Below, piece after piece: positions 1 through 12,030 of a DNA stretch of 31,713 nucleotides (position 1 is the stretch's first letter; every line of letters begins with the position of its first letter). The DNA is from Octopus sinensis (taxonomy: Eukaryota), in NCBI RefSeq assembly GCF_006345805.1, contig NW_021823774.1:1-31713 (forward strand), written 5' to 3'. The notes beneath the pieces were generated by a model, which was not told the origin of the DNA, made no database searches, and saw nothing but the letters and a program-made list of their open reading frames with translations. Position numbers and translations under genes: made by a program.

Positions 1-258
1 AACGTAACGCCAGACGAAATACCAATTTCTTTACTACCCACAAGGGGCTAAACATAGAGAGGACAAACAAGGACAGACATAGGTAGTAAGTCGATTACAT
101 CGACCCCAGTGCGTAACTGCTACTTAACTTATCGACCGCGAAAGGATGAAAGGCAAAGTCGACCTCGGCGGAATTTGAACTCAGAACGTAACGGCGGACA
201 AAATACAGCTAAGCATTTCGCCCGGCGTGCTAACGTTTCTGTCGGCTCACCCGCCTTA
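1..258 (-). mobile_element. tRNA-derived SINE (octopus-type), with part of a second tandem unit at the window edge
   Basis: The minus strand starts AAGGCGG..GACAGAAACGTTAGCACGCCGGGCGAAATGCTTAG (A-box-like) and has GAGTTCAAATTCC (B-box-like). The same sequence recurs at 5.8, 6.2, 7.3-7.8 and 25.5-25.9 kb. Confidence 0.9.
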
Positions 259-454
259 TGGATATTATTTGTAGCAGGTACAACGACCTTGTGGATCATG
301 GTGCACACTATTCATAGAAGATGGTTATTTTGAACATATAACATTTTTTTCTTTTTAATTTCGCACGCGGCCCGCAAAGTATGCTTTTTCTGGTGTCCGG
401 GTGCAGCAAACAGAAGGACCACTCCGGGTGGTACACTCTATAGCGACGCTAGTG

Positions 455-690
455 CATACATCCATCCATCCATCCATACATCCATCCATCCATACATACA
501 TACATACATACATCCATACATACATACATACATACATACATACATACATACATACATACATACATACATCCTACATACATACATACATACATACATACAT
601 ACATACATACATACATACATACATACATCCATACATATACATACATACATACATACATACATACATACATACATACATACATACATACAT
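455..690. repeat. (CATC)n/(TACA)n tetranucleotide microsatellite
   Basis: Direct reading; it explains the MYVC/IHTY ORFs. Confidence 0.98.
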
Positions 691-764
691 TGATGTACAA
701 CTACATCCACGTAAACTCAAAACAAACATATGCAAATAAACTAGTGACATAGTGAGAATCACAT

Positions 765-941
765 AGAGGGAGAGCGAGAGAGAGAGAAAGAGTTACATAG
801 TCACATACAGAGAGAATGTGCTACATAGAGAGAGGGGGAGAGTTGAATAGAGAGAGGAGAGAGAGAGAGAGTCACATAGAGAAAAAGAGTTGCATAGAGA
901 GAGAAGTATATATAGAGTCACATAGATAGGAGGAAAGAGGG

Positions 942-975
<34 letters not shown>

Positions 976-1019
976 TGTGTGTGTGTATGTGAGTGTGTGT
1001 GTATTTGTGGGTGTGTGTG

Positions 1020-1074
<55 letters not shown>
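765..1074. repeat. GA-rich degenerate tract followed by (GT)n
   Basis: Direct reading. Confidence 0.95.
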
Positions 1075-1079
<5 letters not shown>

Positions 1080-2249
1080 TACCAACATGACGTCTGTAGA
1101 AAAAACGGAAAATAGAACTGAAACAACCGAATTAAATGCGTCGGTATACTACCCAAGGGTGTGAAATGACAATAGAAATACTGTGATGGTTTTTTTTTAA
1201 TAAGACAAAAAGAAGGAAAAATGGTAAAATAATTTTTATTCTCACTTAGGAGGAAACACTCTAACCATGACTCATTACAAGACCGCCAAGCTAATTGAGA
1301 GGGCCAGGGATGAAGATGCCCTCAAAGCGGAGCCATGACACACTGCATCCTACTAAAGTTCCCCACGTCTCTAGATGCCGATATCAAACGCATAAACTTA
1401 AAAGTCTATTAACTAATAGGATAGACCTCGTGGAATGGAGACGATTACATTGAGGCGCCAGCAACGGAAATGTAGTAAAATCACTGCTAACGTCTATAAT
1501 GTAACGCTGTATCAGAAAACCTAACTAGAATAAATTATACGGTAGGGAAAAGCAATATTAGTCAGCGTCTAATATTATTCTTATTGATTCCAACTATAAA
1601 TATATTTGTTATTGCCTTTTACTTAGAGTTTGCATATCTACACAAAGACAATCAGTTTAAATACCATTGTAAACACCTATTTTCCGTTCGACTCGTTCAG
1701 GTTTTATTATAACCTTACAGTCTGAAGTTGTGAATCTACACAAAAGCCAAAAAACAATTAGATTTAAATTACGGTAAATACCTGTTCTCCGCTTTCCATT
1801 TCTAGTTTGCTTATCATTGCATAGAAATAGAATATAAATGGGGTTTTATAAAGCAAATCAGAAACTGCTTATTGCCTTGTATTTCGTATTTTCTATTCAA
1901 AATTCGTTGCATTGAGAATAAAACGTTCCTTCCTGTGTGTTCAATTTTAACTGAATTTCACAAGACGAAGTATAGTCGTAAACTGAGAAGTGGTACTTTT
2001 AATTTTAACTTTACAAGGTTATATCTAATTAGATTATAACAAGATATCCTGGAATATAGAACTATTCCAGGATATCTTGACCAGGTTTTGTTCCATATAA
2101 AATGCTTATATCAAACCTGTATCAAACGTTTTAGTGGACGTACATGCGTACATTAGTGGTCAAGAAAATTAAGGGAATTAAATAATACTGAATATAGCAA
2201 AAGGCACAAGCAAAGCTGTGTGATTACGAAAATCGCTTTACAATCACGT

Positions 2250-2370
2250 GGTTTTCAGTTCAGACTCACAGTGACCTTCCTTGGGCAATTCTGCCGATTA
2301 AAGTTTTCTGAGTGGGTTACAATAGCAGACATGTCCAAGGTGCCGCGCAGTGTGACTGAGTAGGAAATTC
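2250..2370. mobile_element. Degraded SINE fragments (CORE-like CCTTGGGCAA motif), in opposite orientations
   Basis: CAGTGACCTTCCTTGGGCAATT lies on +, and the reverse complement of ACATGTCCAAGGTGCCGCGCAGTG lies on -. Both resemble the CTGCGTGGCACCTTGGGCAAG SINE core as I recall it. Confidence 0.4.
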
Positions 2371-2424
2371 ATGTGGTTATCCCCAAAGCTAATATGTTGA
2401 GTTATATATATATATTATATATAT

Positions 2425-2733
2425 ATAAATGAAAGAATGGAGTTGAACGACGATTTAACAAAATTCCTTTATTCTCGACATATGTTTCGAAGACTGAATA
2501 TTCCTAATTGCGAAGGAATAAGGGGTGCATTATCGCTATGGGCTCCGTGTGGGCAGTCATCTAAATGTTTTTGTTCATCATGATGCTGACATAAGTTCCT
2601 TGTCTTTCCTGATGAGAAGGCGGCATAATGCACCCCTTATTCCTTCGAAATTAGGAATATGCAGTCTTCGAAACATATGTCGAGAATAAAGGAATTTTGT
2701 TAAATCGACGTTCAACTCCATTCTTTCATTTAT
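2425..2733. mobile_element. Fold-back element: ~109 bp inverted arms (2425-2533 / 2625-2733) around a ~91 bp spacer; PLE-like non-autonomous element
   Basis: The arms are reverse complements with only a few mismatches. The left arm abuts a (TA)n tract. The right arm plus spacer contains a hammerhead motif. Confidence 0.85.
2594..2696 (+). ncRNA. Type I hammerhead ribozyme motif
   Basis: CTGATGA at 2609-2615. Stem II GAAGGC/GTCTTC, extended by GCATA/TATGC. GAAAC-ATAT-GTC at 2670-2681. Stem I TTTC/GAGA plus TTCCTT/AAGGAA. Predicted cleavage after C2681. Confidence 0.85.
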
Positions 2734-2857
2734 TTGTATTAAAAAAAACACACAAATTTCCACACGAAAGCTTCAACCGTGTTTTTCCTGACGTGAATTT
2801 GCTACCCGGGTATCGGTTAACCGAATTATCCATACTAGGATAATTCATTCAACTACT

Positions 2858-2899
<42 letters not shown>

Positions 2900-2915
2900 A
2901 TATATATATATATAT

Positions 2916-2948
<33 letters not shown>

Positions 2949-2978
2949 GTATTATGTATGTATATATATATTATTCAA

Positions 2979-3008
2979 TTATTTCCCAGACCATAGTCTG
3001 GGAAATAA
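2979..3008. other. Perfect 13 bp hairpin (TTATTTCCCAGAC-CATA-GTCTGGGAAATAA)
   Basis: Direct reading; it sits next to a (TA)-rich tract. Confidence 0.9.
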
Positions 3009-3089
3009 GTGAGATGGTAGACGTTTTTAATTTTCATTCATTTCGAAAATTTATCCTTATTTGGTGGTTTTGAGCTTTCAACTGCTCTT

Positions 3090-3212
3090 TCTAGCACAAG
3101 GCTTTCCTATTTGGAAGTCACTTATTGTATTTCTATGTGAATAATATATAGTCAAATGACAAATTCGTTTTTGTGCTAGGTCACTGGTAATAATAATTTC
3201 TTATTACCCTAT
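3090..3212 (-). repeat. Dispersed repeat homologous to 9541-9675
   Basis: The reverse complement contains AAATTATTATTACCAGTGACCTAGCACAAAAA..GACTATATATTATTCACATA, matching 9541-9630. Confidence 0.75.
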
Positions 3213-3221
3213 TATTATTTA

Positions 3222-3264
<43 letters not shown>

Positions 3265-3319
3265 AAGAGAAAATGGAAAGGTAACTAATAACATTTTTTA
3301 TCAGTTATAAAATATGACA

Positions 3320-3410
3320 ACATCTCTGACAGCTGTTTCGATTCAGACATCTATAGGTAATTAAGTTATAAAATTAAAATCATTATAAGATGAATCTCTT
3401 CAGAGGTAGT
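3320..3410 (-). ncRNA. Type I hammerhead ribozyme motif with weak stem I
   Basis: The minus strand has CTGAAGA (3403-3397), stem II GATTCA/TGAATC, and GAAAC-AGCT-GTC (3339-3328). Stem I has only ~2 clear pairs. Confidence 0.65.
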
Positions 3411-4152
3411 AAGGATATACCGATTAGAAAAACATGTTGAGATAACGGCTATAAAACCGTTAACTGGTGGCATATATACAAAAGGAGTCGGTTACAGGAC
3501 ACAATCTGACATAGGGAGAGAGGTTAGTATATATCATACTTAAAGAAAGAAAAGAAGACATTAATATATCATAGTGTATTGAGACGGACGAAAGAGAAAC
3601 GAAGGCAGGAAGCAGTAATATTCATGTATTTATAAATATATAAGAAAAATAACTTATCATTTATGTATATTATAATAATGCAATAAAATTTAATGCAAAT
3701 AAATAAATAGCAAGTCTAGAATAATACGGGAAGAGAAAATATAAAAAATACAAAATATATCTACGAATCACTCAAGAAAATTTATTTCAAGCCTTTAAGG
3801 CAAAAACATTAATAATAAACTATTAGATAGGAAAGAAAACAAAAATATGACTGTGGAAGCAGACAAGGGAACCGAATGAAAACAAACAGCGAGGGTCCTC
3901 AATTTTCTTTTAGAATTTTGGGAGCAACTGTCTTTGAAGACTCATATTGTTATTGAATGCTTGAAATGAGGAGTAGATAGACAGCTGACAACTGATGAAG
4001 AGTCCTTTGTGTGTGTTTACTTGTTTTTTTTCATCCATTTTTCTCGTTGTTTACGTATTTAACTCGTTTGTTTACGTATTTCATGTTATTTGCACTGTTG
4101 GTGACGTCTTGTACCCATATATGCATCTATCTATCTATCTATCTATCTATCA

Positions 4153-4185
<33 letters not shown>

Positions 4186-5805
4186 ATATACATGATCGGA
4201 ATAAGTGCAAACGCACGAAGCACTAGGCACTTGAGTTACTCTGTTGCTTCTTAATATCAATATATATATATGTGTGTGTGACGTCAACAATATAGACTGT
4301 TCGAGAAACTTCAATCACACACACACTCGTGACTGTTTGTGTGTGTGTGTGAGTGTGTGTGAGTGTGTGTGTGAGTGTGTGTGTGTGTGTGTGTGTATGT
4401 GCGTGTGTGATTGAAGTGTTTCGAATGGTCTTCGCTTCAGAGATACGGTTTAACATATGCACGATTAAAATTTGACATAATTACACATTTCTTTGATAAG
4501 CTAACATTTTGCCAGCTTTGATAAAGAATCATTTGTTGTCTTCACAACGACGACAACAACAACAACAACAACACTGATAGCTTACAGAGGAATATAAATG
4601 AGTAAAGACTTGAAAAACAAACAAAAAAAAAGAGTCGTATTGGAACATTTATAAAATTACGTCAAAAAAAACTTTAGAAAAGCAATCACGTGTAACAAAT
4701 ATATAAGCAAATAGGTTCTTTCCTCTACAAGAATCTATTTTTAATTAATCTTATAATTGTTTTGATATTTTTTTTATGAATAGATAAAATTAGACAGCGG
4801 CGGGAGCATAATAAATATATTCTGGCCTTGAATTGAGCGATTGCTTTTGTTGATTAAGTTGTTGTTGTTGCTGGTGTTGATTTTGTGTTTGGGGTTTTTG
4901 TTTTTTTATTTATTTATTTGGTTGTTTGTTTGTTTGTTTGTTTGTTTGTTTATGTTTTTTTGTAGTACAGTGTACAAGTTATCTCCTTGAGTGGGCGAGT
5001 TTAATTAACGAAGATATAAGGAAGAACCATAAATAATGACGCCTGCAAAGTAGACGAAGAGCCGATAGGCAGAGAAGAAGCCTAATAGCAAAGATAATAA
5101 AGCGTAAGTATGTCAAAGACTGGAATGGAAAAAGATACAAGAGTAAAACAAGAGGCGATATATAGAGATAAACACAACAGAGAGAAACCAAGACGGATAC
5201 GAAGATAAATACGACGGAGGGAAATAGAAACAAATATGGCGATTAATAAGGCGGAGGGAAATGGTGAGAAAAGAGTGTAAGGCAGAGAGAACAAAGTGGG
5301 AGAGGGAAGCGAGAGAGATTGAAAGATGTAGAAGCCGCAGACGAGCTGAAAAAGACCGTTTAAATATTAATAGATTTTTAAGAAATTAATCAAATAGTTA
5401 ATCATTCGTCAGGTAAGAAAATCAAGATAAGCAAAACTGGAAACGTGTTAATAAGACATGTTGTCGTGATTAGTTCGCCTTAATTAACAACAAACTTTCT
5501 AACCTCTGATCTGGAATATCTCGTCTTATTAAATCAACAACGCATTTCTCATCATCACCATCATCATCATCATCATCATCATCTTCTTCTCCATCTTCTA
5601 GTTTTTCCTTATCTACGTTATAACATACAAACTCATTCTCTCTTCTGATGTTTAGCTATTTACGCTGACTTGTCTATTAACATTGTGGTCACAGCTAATA
5701 TTTTATTCTTACCGCAGCAACTCATCTCGAAATTGATAGCTCTTAGAACGGATAGAGAGGAAACTTTAATACACTCTCATATTTGCCCTCCATGTATATA
5801 TATAT

Positions 5806-6019
5806 TCTTTTCTACCCTAGGCACAGGACCATAGATTTGGAGGAGGGGGCCAGTGGATTAGATCAACACCAGTATGCAACTGCTACTTAATTTATCGACC
5901 CCGAAACGATGAAAGGCAAAGTAGACCTCGGCGGAATTTGAACTCAGAACGTATAGACAGACGAAATACCGCTAAGCATTTCACCCTGCGTGCTTTCGTT
6001 ACTGCCAGCTCGCTGCTTT
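5806..6019 (-). mobile_element. tRNA-derived SINE
   Basis: Same head and B-box-like motif as 1-258, with a different tail (GGAGGAGGGGGCC..TAGGCACAGG on +). Confidence 0.9.
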
Positions 6020-6128
6020 GCCCTCCATATATATATGTATGTATGTGCATATATATATATATATGTATGTATGTGCATATATATATATATATATGTATGT
6101 ATGTGCATATATATATATATATATATAT

Positions 6129-6175
<47 letters not shown>

Positions 6176-6183
6176 TACATACG

Positions 6184-6393
6184 TTTCTACTCTAGGTACC
6201 AGGCCAGAAATTTTGGAGGAGGGGGCCGTCGATTAGATCGACCCCAGTATGTAACTGGTACTTACTTATTGACCCCAAAACGATGAAAGGCAAAGTCGAC
6301 CTCTGCGGAATTTGAACTCAGAAGGTAAAGACAGACGAAATAACGCTAAGCATTTTGCCCGGCGTGCTAACGTTTCTGCCAGCTCGCCGCCTT
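6184..6393 (-). mobile_element. tRNA-derived SINE
   Basis: Near-full-length copy similar to 5806-6019, separated from it by (TA)n/(TAGA)n. Confidence 0.9.
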
Positions 6394-6398
6394 CTCAC

Positions 6399-6460
<62 letters not shown>

Positions 6461-6899
6461 CTTTAAGTGTATGTGCTCCTGTTAACTTGTGAGTGCATAA
6501 ATTTACAAGCACCGTGCGATGAAAACATACACACACACATAATATATAGACAGCTTATAATACAGTGTTGTCTATGTATGTCTCTCTTTGCTTGCATTTC
6601 TGTGTCTATAGATTTAGAAGTTGAAATAATTCACATACATATCTTAAATAACCTAAATTTCGCTTATGCCTGAACACTGCTTCAAGCTGATATTGCTGTT
6701 AAGAGATTAGAGGTACATGCATAGGTAAAAGCAAACTTTAACTGGAAGCGAGTCTTCGCAAGTATTTAGTTAACGTTTGACAGATGAAAGACGAATGTAT
6801 ATCCGTGAAGCGACTTCATACTCGTAAAATATTAAAGAATGACTGCTTGTGTGCATGCAATTAACCTCATCTAAAGAAGACGACATCATATGAGACGTT

Positions 6900-7090
<191 letters not shown>

Positions 7091-7276
7091 GTAGTTTCTG
7101 TATGAGGTTTAGTGATGGAAGAGATGAAAGGATAACATGAAGCCGGAGTCAAGTGCACGGTTTGACGAGTCAATTTGATAATGTTTGTTATACATGGTAC
7201 TGTCTGAGGTTAGATTAGGTTATTCTTGGTGTTTGTTTTCGTGTCGGCCGGGAAGAATTGTGGAATAGACTTTGTG

Positions 7277-7845
7277 CCGTTACGTTCTGAGTTCAAATTC
7301 CGCCGAGGTCGACTTTACCTTTCATCCGTTCGGGGTCGATAAATTTAGTACGAATTACATACTGCGGTCGATCTAATCGACTTAATCCTTTTGCTTGTCC
7401 TTGTTTGTACCCTCTATGTTTAGCCCCTTGTGGGCAATAAAGAAATAAGAAACATTAGCACACAGGGCGAAATACTTAGCGGTATTTCGTCTGCCGTTAC
7501 GTTGTGAGTTCAAATTCCGTGGAGGTCGACTTAATCTTTCATCCTTTCGGGGTCGATAAATTAAGTACCAATTACACACTGCGGTCGATGTAATCGACTT
7601 AATCCTTTTGCCTGTCCTTGTTTGTCCCCTCTATGTTTAGCCCTTTGTGACAATAAAGAAAGAAGAAACGTTAGCACCCAGGGCGAAATACTTAGCGGTA
7701 TTTCGTGTGTCTTTACGTTCTGAGTTCAAATTCCGCCGTGGTCGACTTTGCTTTGCATCGTTTCGGGGTCAATAGATTAAGGACCAGTTGCATACTGGGT
7801 ATCGATCTAACCAACTGGACCCCACCCGAAAAATTTAAGGCCTCG
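7277..7845 (+). mobile_element. Head-to-tail SINE trimer (period ~216 bp)
   Basis: Three GAGTTCAAATTCC..GGTCGAC units. TTAGCGGTATTTCG occurs at 7476 and 7692. Units 1-2 have the long TTTGTCCCCTCTATGTTTAGCCC tail and unit 3 has the short tail. Confidence 0.9.
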
Positions 7846-8146
7846 TAAATAATTGTAAATATCCGTGTCAAGTATTATATTGATCAAGAAGGGTCTGTGT
7901 ATCTTTGGTATTGTGTGCTTAAATATATTCCTATTATTTGTTACCTTCGTTGGAATGCGGCCATTCTCGGGCGCCTCCTTGAAGAGATTAGTTGAACGGA
8001 TCGAAGCCAGTACTTATAACTTCAAGGCCGTTATTATTCTAGAGGGTTGTTTTGCCGAATTGTTAACATACGGGGATATATCCGGACCAACGGCTGACGG
8101 CAAACAAAATTGAGTGATAGAAGAAGCATCGAGCATTGTAAGAAAA

Positions 8147-8543
8147 TCTTTATATATGAAAGTAAGGTTGTGTGTCTGTCTCCTACGATTTAGATTCCTA
8201 ACTACTCCCACATTTTGCGGTGCAGTTTAACCAAAACCGGGTATCTTATAGTCGTGATTCATATCGAGCCCTTCTGTGTATTAGCGCGCGTCTACGATGA
8301 ATCTACGATTTTAAAAATAATTTACCATCATTTTTTTCCATTTTAATGCATTTTTTTCGCTATTATATAAAGGAAGTAACTCTCTAAAAATGTCTACGAT
8401 GAGTCAACGATTAAAAAAAAAATTTACCATAATTGTTTTCTATTTTTAATGCATTTTTTGCTATTTTGGGGCTATAACTCTCTAAAAATGCTTATATAGT
8501 TATTTCCCTTACAAACCCGAGCAACGCCGGGCGATACTGCTAG
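8147..8543 (+). mobile_element. Non-autonomous Helitron
   Basis: 5' A|TCTTTATATAT at 8146/8147. 3' hairpin CCCG-A-GC-AAC-GC-CGGG (8516-8531), then CTAG|T (8540-8544). No TSD. Internal ~102 bp tandem dimer (8291-8392, 8393-8490). Confidence 0.85.
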
Positions 8544-9051
8544 TAATAAATAATGGAGTCGATTGGTCCGACTAAAAATAATACAGAGCAGTGCCCCAGT
8601 ATGACCGGAATCTAATGACTGAAATATGTAAAAGATAAAAGATAAACCAGGAGACATCTGTAAATCTAGTCAATGTCTGTATGCAGTAAGATGTGGCCAT
8701 CGCATTAGAAAATCAGTAGGTTATTGGGTCTAGAGCGTCGAGGTTGCATGAGAGCATTAAGACTGTATAAGAACGGCTTTAATTTTTATTTTCTAAGAAT
8801 TTATTGAAATGATGAAGAGATTAGGAATAAGAAATTGATGTATGTTGCGGAGGAGAGAGTAGCGGATCTTGTAATACACTCGGCAGACATCAACACAGAA
8901 TCAGATTTAACAATCGGACGCTGAAATAAAGTAGAGGTAATTAGACAGATATAGAATTTCGATTAATGCATTTACTACATACGTGTGTCTATATCTATGT
9001 ATATAGGTATATACATATGTGTGTGTGTGTGTATATGTATATGTATATGTT

Positions 9052-9083
<32 letters not shown>

Positions 9084-9117
9084 TATATATATATAATATA
9101 TATATTAATAAATAAAA

Positions 9118-9300
9118 CATATGCATATATATATATACATATATGTACGTACCTACCTCTACATGTATATATACACGCATATATGAATGAGTACAGGACA
9201 CCAAAAGAACGTCGAACACAATGGGAAACGAAAACATAGCCAAAAACCCAAGGAACTGGACATTTTTCTTAAACAACAAAAAAATAGACTACAGGACAAA
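9118..9300. repeat. Diverged direct repeat, copy 1 (partner 9820-10060)
   Basis: Shared CATATATGTACGT..CTACATGTATATATACA..GTACAGGACACCA..GAAACGAAAAC. Confidence 0.7.
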
Positions 9301-9540
9301 TAACACAAGGAAAAAACCCTTTCTTCAGTCGCCATGGTTTCATCTACTCTACGTTTCGAAGGTGAAGGCGAGACGTATCTTCTATAGAAACTTTCCTTCC
9401 TGCGAAAAGCAAATCAAATAAAATTTGAGATCTTTTTGCAGGGGGGTATAAATGGTAACAAAAACAGGTCAGTATATATATAGTATATCAGTATATACAG
9501 TATATATATAGTTAATCCAAACATGTATATATAAATAATA

Positions 9541-9675
9541 TTAGGGGAATAAGAATTATAGAAATTATTATTACCAGTGGCCTAGCACAAAAAAATTAGT
9601 CAATAGACTATATATTATTCACATAAAAATATTATGCACAAGACTTTGCTATTTGGAAGCCTCTTAATGTGTTTT
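9541..9675 (+). repeat. Dispersed repeat homologous to 3090-3212, with its last ~40 bp inverted
   Basis: 9541-9630 matches the reverse complement of 3130-3212, while 9635-9675 matches 3093-3130 in the same orientation. Confidence 0.7.
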
Positions 9676-9692
9676 AATGTACACGATATTTT

Positions 9693-9727
<35 letters not shown>

Positions 9728-9819
9728 AAACAATACTGGGAGGATAAGAAACGGAACCAAGCGAAGAATCGAACGAACCCGACGCGAAGCGCTGTCAGAC
9801 GATAGTGTAATAAATAAAA

Positions 9820-10060
9820 TATATGCATACATACAAACATATATGTACGTTCCTACATCTACATGTATATATACATGCATATATAAATATATATACGTAC
9901 AGGACACCACAAAAAGACGTAGAACTCAACAGAAACGAAAACGGAAAAGCCATTTTTTAACAACAGAAAGACAGAGACGTGGAACAGGACGAGAACGAAA
10001 ACGGGAAAAACATTATTTACAACAGAAAAACAAGGTACAGGGCATACTACACAAGGATAT
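9820..10060. repeat. Diverged direct repeat, copy 2 (partner 9118-9300)
   Basis: Same shared motifs as copy 1, plus internal ACAGGAC..GAAAACGG sub-repeats. Confidence 0.7.
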
Positions 10061-10090
10061 ATGTATATACATATACACATATATATATAT

Positions 10091-10145
<55 letters not shown>

Positions 10146-10200
10146 ATATATATATGTATATATATATATAGATAGATAGATAGATAGATAATAGACAGAC

Positions 10201-10266
<66 letters not shown>

Positions 10267-10298
10267 TGATAGATAGACAGATAGATAGATATATAGAT

Positions 10299-10371
<73 letters not shown>
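10060..10371. repeat. (TA)n then (TAGA)n microsatellite
   Basis: Direct reading. Confidence 0.98.
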
Positions 10372-10372
<1 letters not shown>

Positions 10373-10642
10373 ATTAATATTGGTGCTCCGGACTTCGTGG
10401 ATGTTCCAAGAGAACTTTCCTCAGGTATTTTGTTTGCAAGATATATATCGGCACACGATTGCACAAAGAGCACTTGCACTAGCTGGTATCGAACCTAGAT
10501 ATCAATATTAGCAAGCAAATAACCTAGCAACGTAAGTGTGTCTGCTGGTTTGCAGTAGGATCGATCTTATCCTTGTTTATAAATATTGTCAGTTGATAAC
10601 TAAAATGGTGAAAGCCGTAGAAGTTTCGGTGCTGGTAAGAGA

Positions 10643-11054
10643 TTGGTTATGGTGGCGGTGGTGTCGGTAGTAGTGGTTGTGGTGGCGGTTGTCCTCGTCG
10701 TGGTGGGTACAGTGGTGTCTGTGTTGGTGGTAGTGGTGATGGTCACCGTCATGGTAATCGTCGCGGTCATGGTGATGGTAGTCGACTTTGTGGTGGTGGT
10801 GGTGGTGGTGATGGTAGTGGTGTTGGTGATGTAGGTAGTGGTGACAGTGATGTCTGTGGTGGTTGTCGTGGTTCTCGTCGTGGTCATGGTTGTGGTCGTT
10901 GGGATTGTTTTCGAGTTTGTGGTAGTGGTGGTGGTTTTGGCGGTGGTAGAGATGGTAGTAGTAGTGGTGGTAATGGAGGTAGTGGTGACGGTGATGTCTG
11001 TGGTGATGGTGTCGTCGTGGTGATTGTGCTGGTGGTGGTGGTGGTGGTGGTGGT

Positions 11055-11105
<51 letters not shown>

Positions 11106-11480
11106 ATAGGAGTAGTAGTAAGAATGACAATGTCGATACCTCAAAATACGTAGATTTGAGGATGAAGATGATGATGAGGAGCAGGAGGCAGGGGGGAGTA
11201 AAGGAAGAAGAAAAAGAAGAAAAAGAAGTAGAAAAAGGAGGAGGAGGAGGAGGAGACGGAGATAGTGGGAAGGAGAAGAAAGAGAAAAACAAGGACGAGG
11301 AATGAAAGAGGGAAGGAAATGGAGGAAAAGTGAGCAAAGAGGAGTAAGAGCAGAGAAGGATGAGGCGGAAGAAGAGGGGAGGAGTGGAGGATGATGATGA
11401 GCACGACCACGACGACGATGATGAGCCGATGATGATGACGACGATGATGATGATGATGATGGTCATGACAATGATGGTGG

Positions 11481-11529
<49 letters not shown>

Positions 11530-11546
11530 AATGATGATGATGATGG

Positions 11547-11595
<49 letters not shown>

Positions 11596-11796
11596 GATGA
11601 TGATGATAATGATGATGACGACGATGATGATGATGATGGTCATGACAATGATGGTGGTGATGATGATGACGATGATGATGATGATGATGATGATGATGTT
11701 GATGATGACGACGACGATGATGATGATGATGATGACAACGATGATGATGATGATGATGATGATGATGAAGGCGATGATGATGATGATGATGATGAA

Positions 11797-11827
<31 letters not shown>

Positions 11828-11842
11828 GGTGATGATGAAGGC

Positions 11843-11876
<34 letters not shown>

Positions 11877-11943
11877 GCGATGATGATGATGATGATGATG
11901 ACGACGACGATGATGATGATGGTCATGACAATGATGGTGGTGG

Positions 11944-11984
<41 letters not shown>

Positions 11985-12030
11985 GTGATGACGATGATGA
12001 TGACGATGATGACGATGATGATGATGATGA
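10643..12030. repeat. Compound trinucleotide low-complexity region: degenerate (GTG/GTA)n, (TAG)n, GA-rich, then ~630 bp of (GAT)n
   Basis: Direct reading. GGTCATGACAATGATGGTGG recurs at about 11460, 11638 and 11920, indicating internal duplications. Confidence 0.95.

Noticed and set aside
360-455. GC-rich stretch ending TAGCGACGCTAG, a possible Helitron or MITE end
   Set aside because: The hairpin overlaps the CTAG and no matching 5' end or TIR was found.
4290-4450. Short inverted repeat around (CA)/(GT) with minus-strand CTGAAGC..GAAAC-AC-TTC
   Set aside because: The core has two substitutions (A9 and the G of GUH) and there is no stem I; at best a decayed relic.
7865-8113. 82 aa non-repetitive ORF
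   Set aside because: GTG start, no recognisable family and no convincing splice sites; cannot be supported without a search.
9325-9395. Minus-strand CTTC-GAAAC-GTA with a nearby CTGAAGA
   Set aside because: The boxes are in the wrong order for type I and no stem I hairpin supports a type II fold.
10600-11643. 347 aa minus-strand ORF with a Thr-rich, mucin-like C-terminus, and overlapping 239-261 aa poly-Met/His/Asp ORFs
   Set aside because: These are translations of degenerate trinucleotide microsatellites, open in several frames on both strands, with no domain or credible splice structure.
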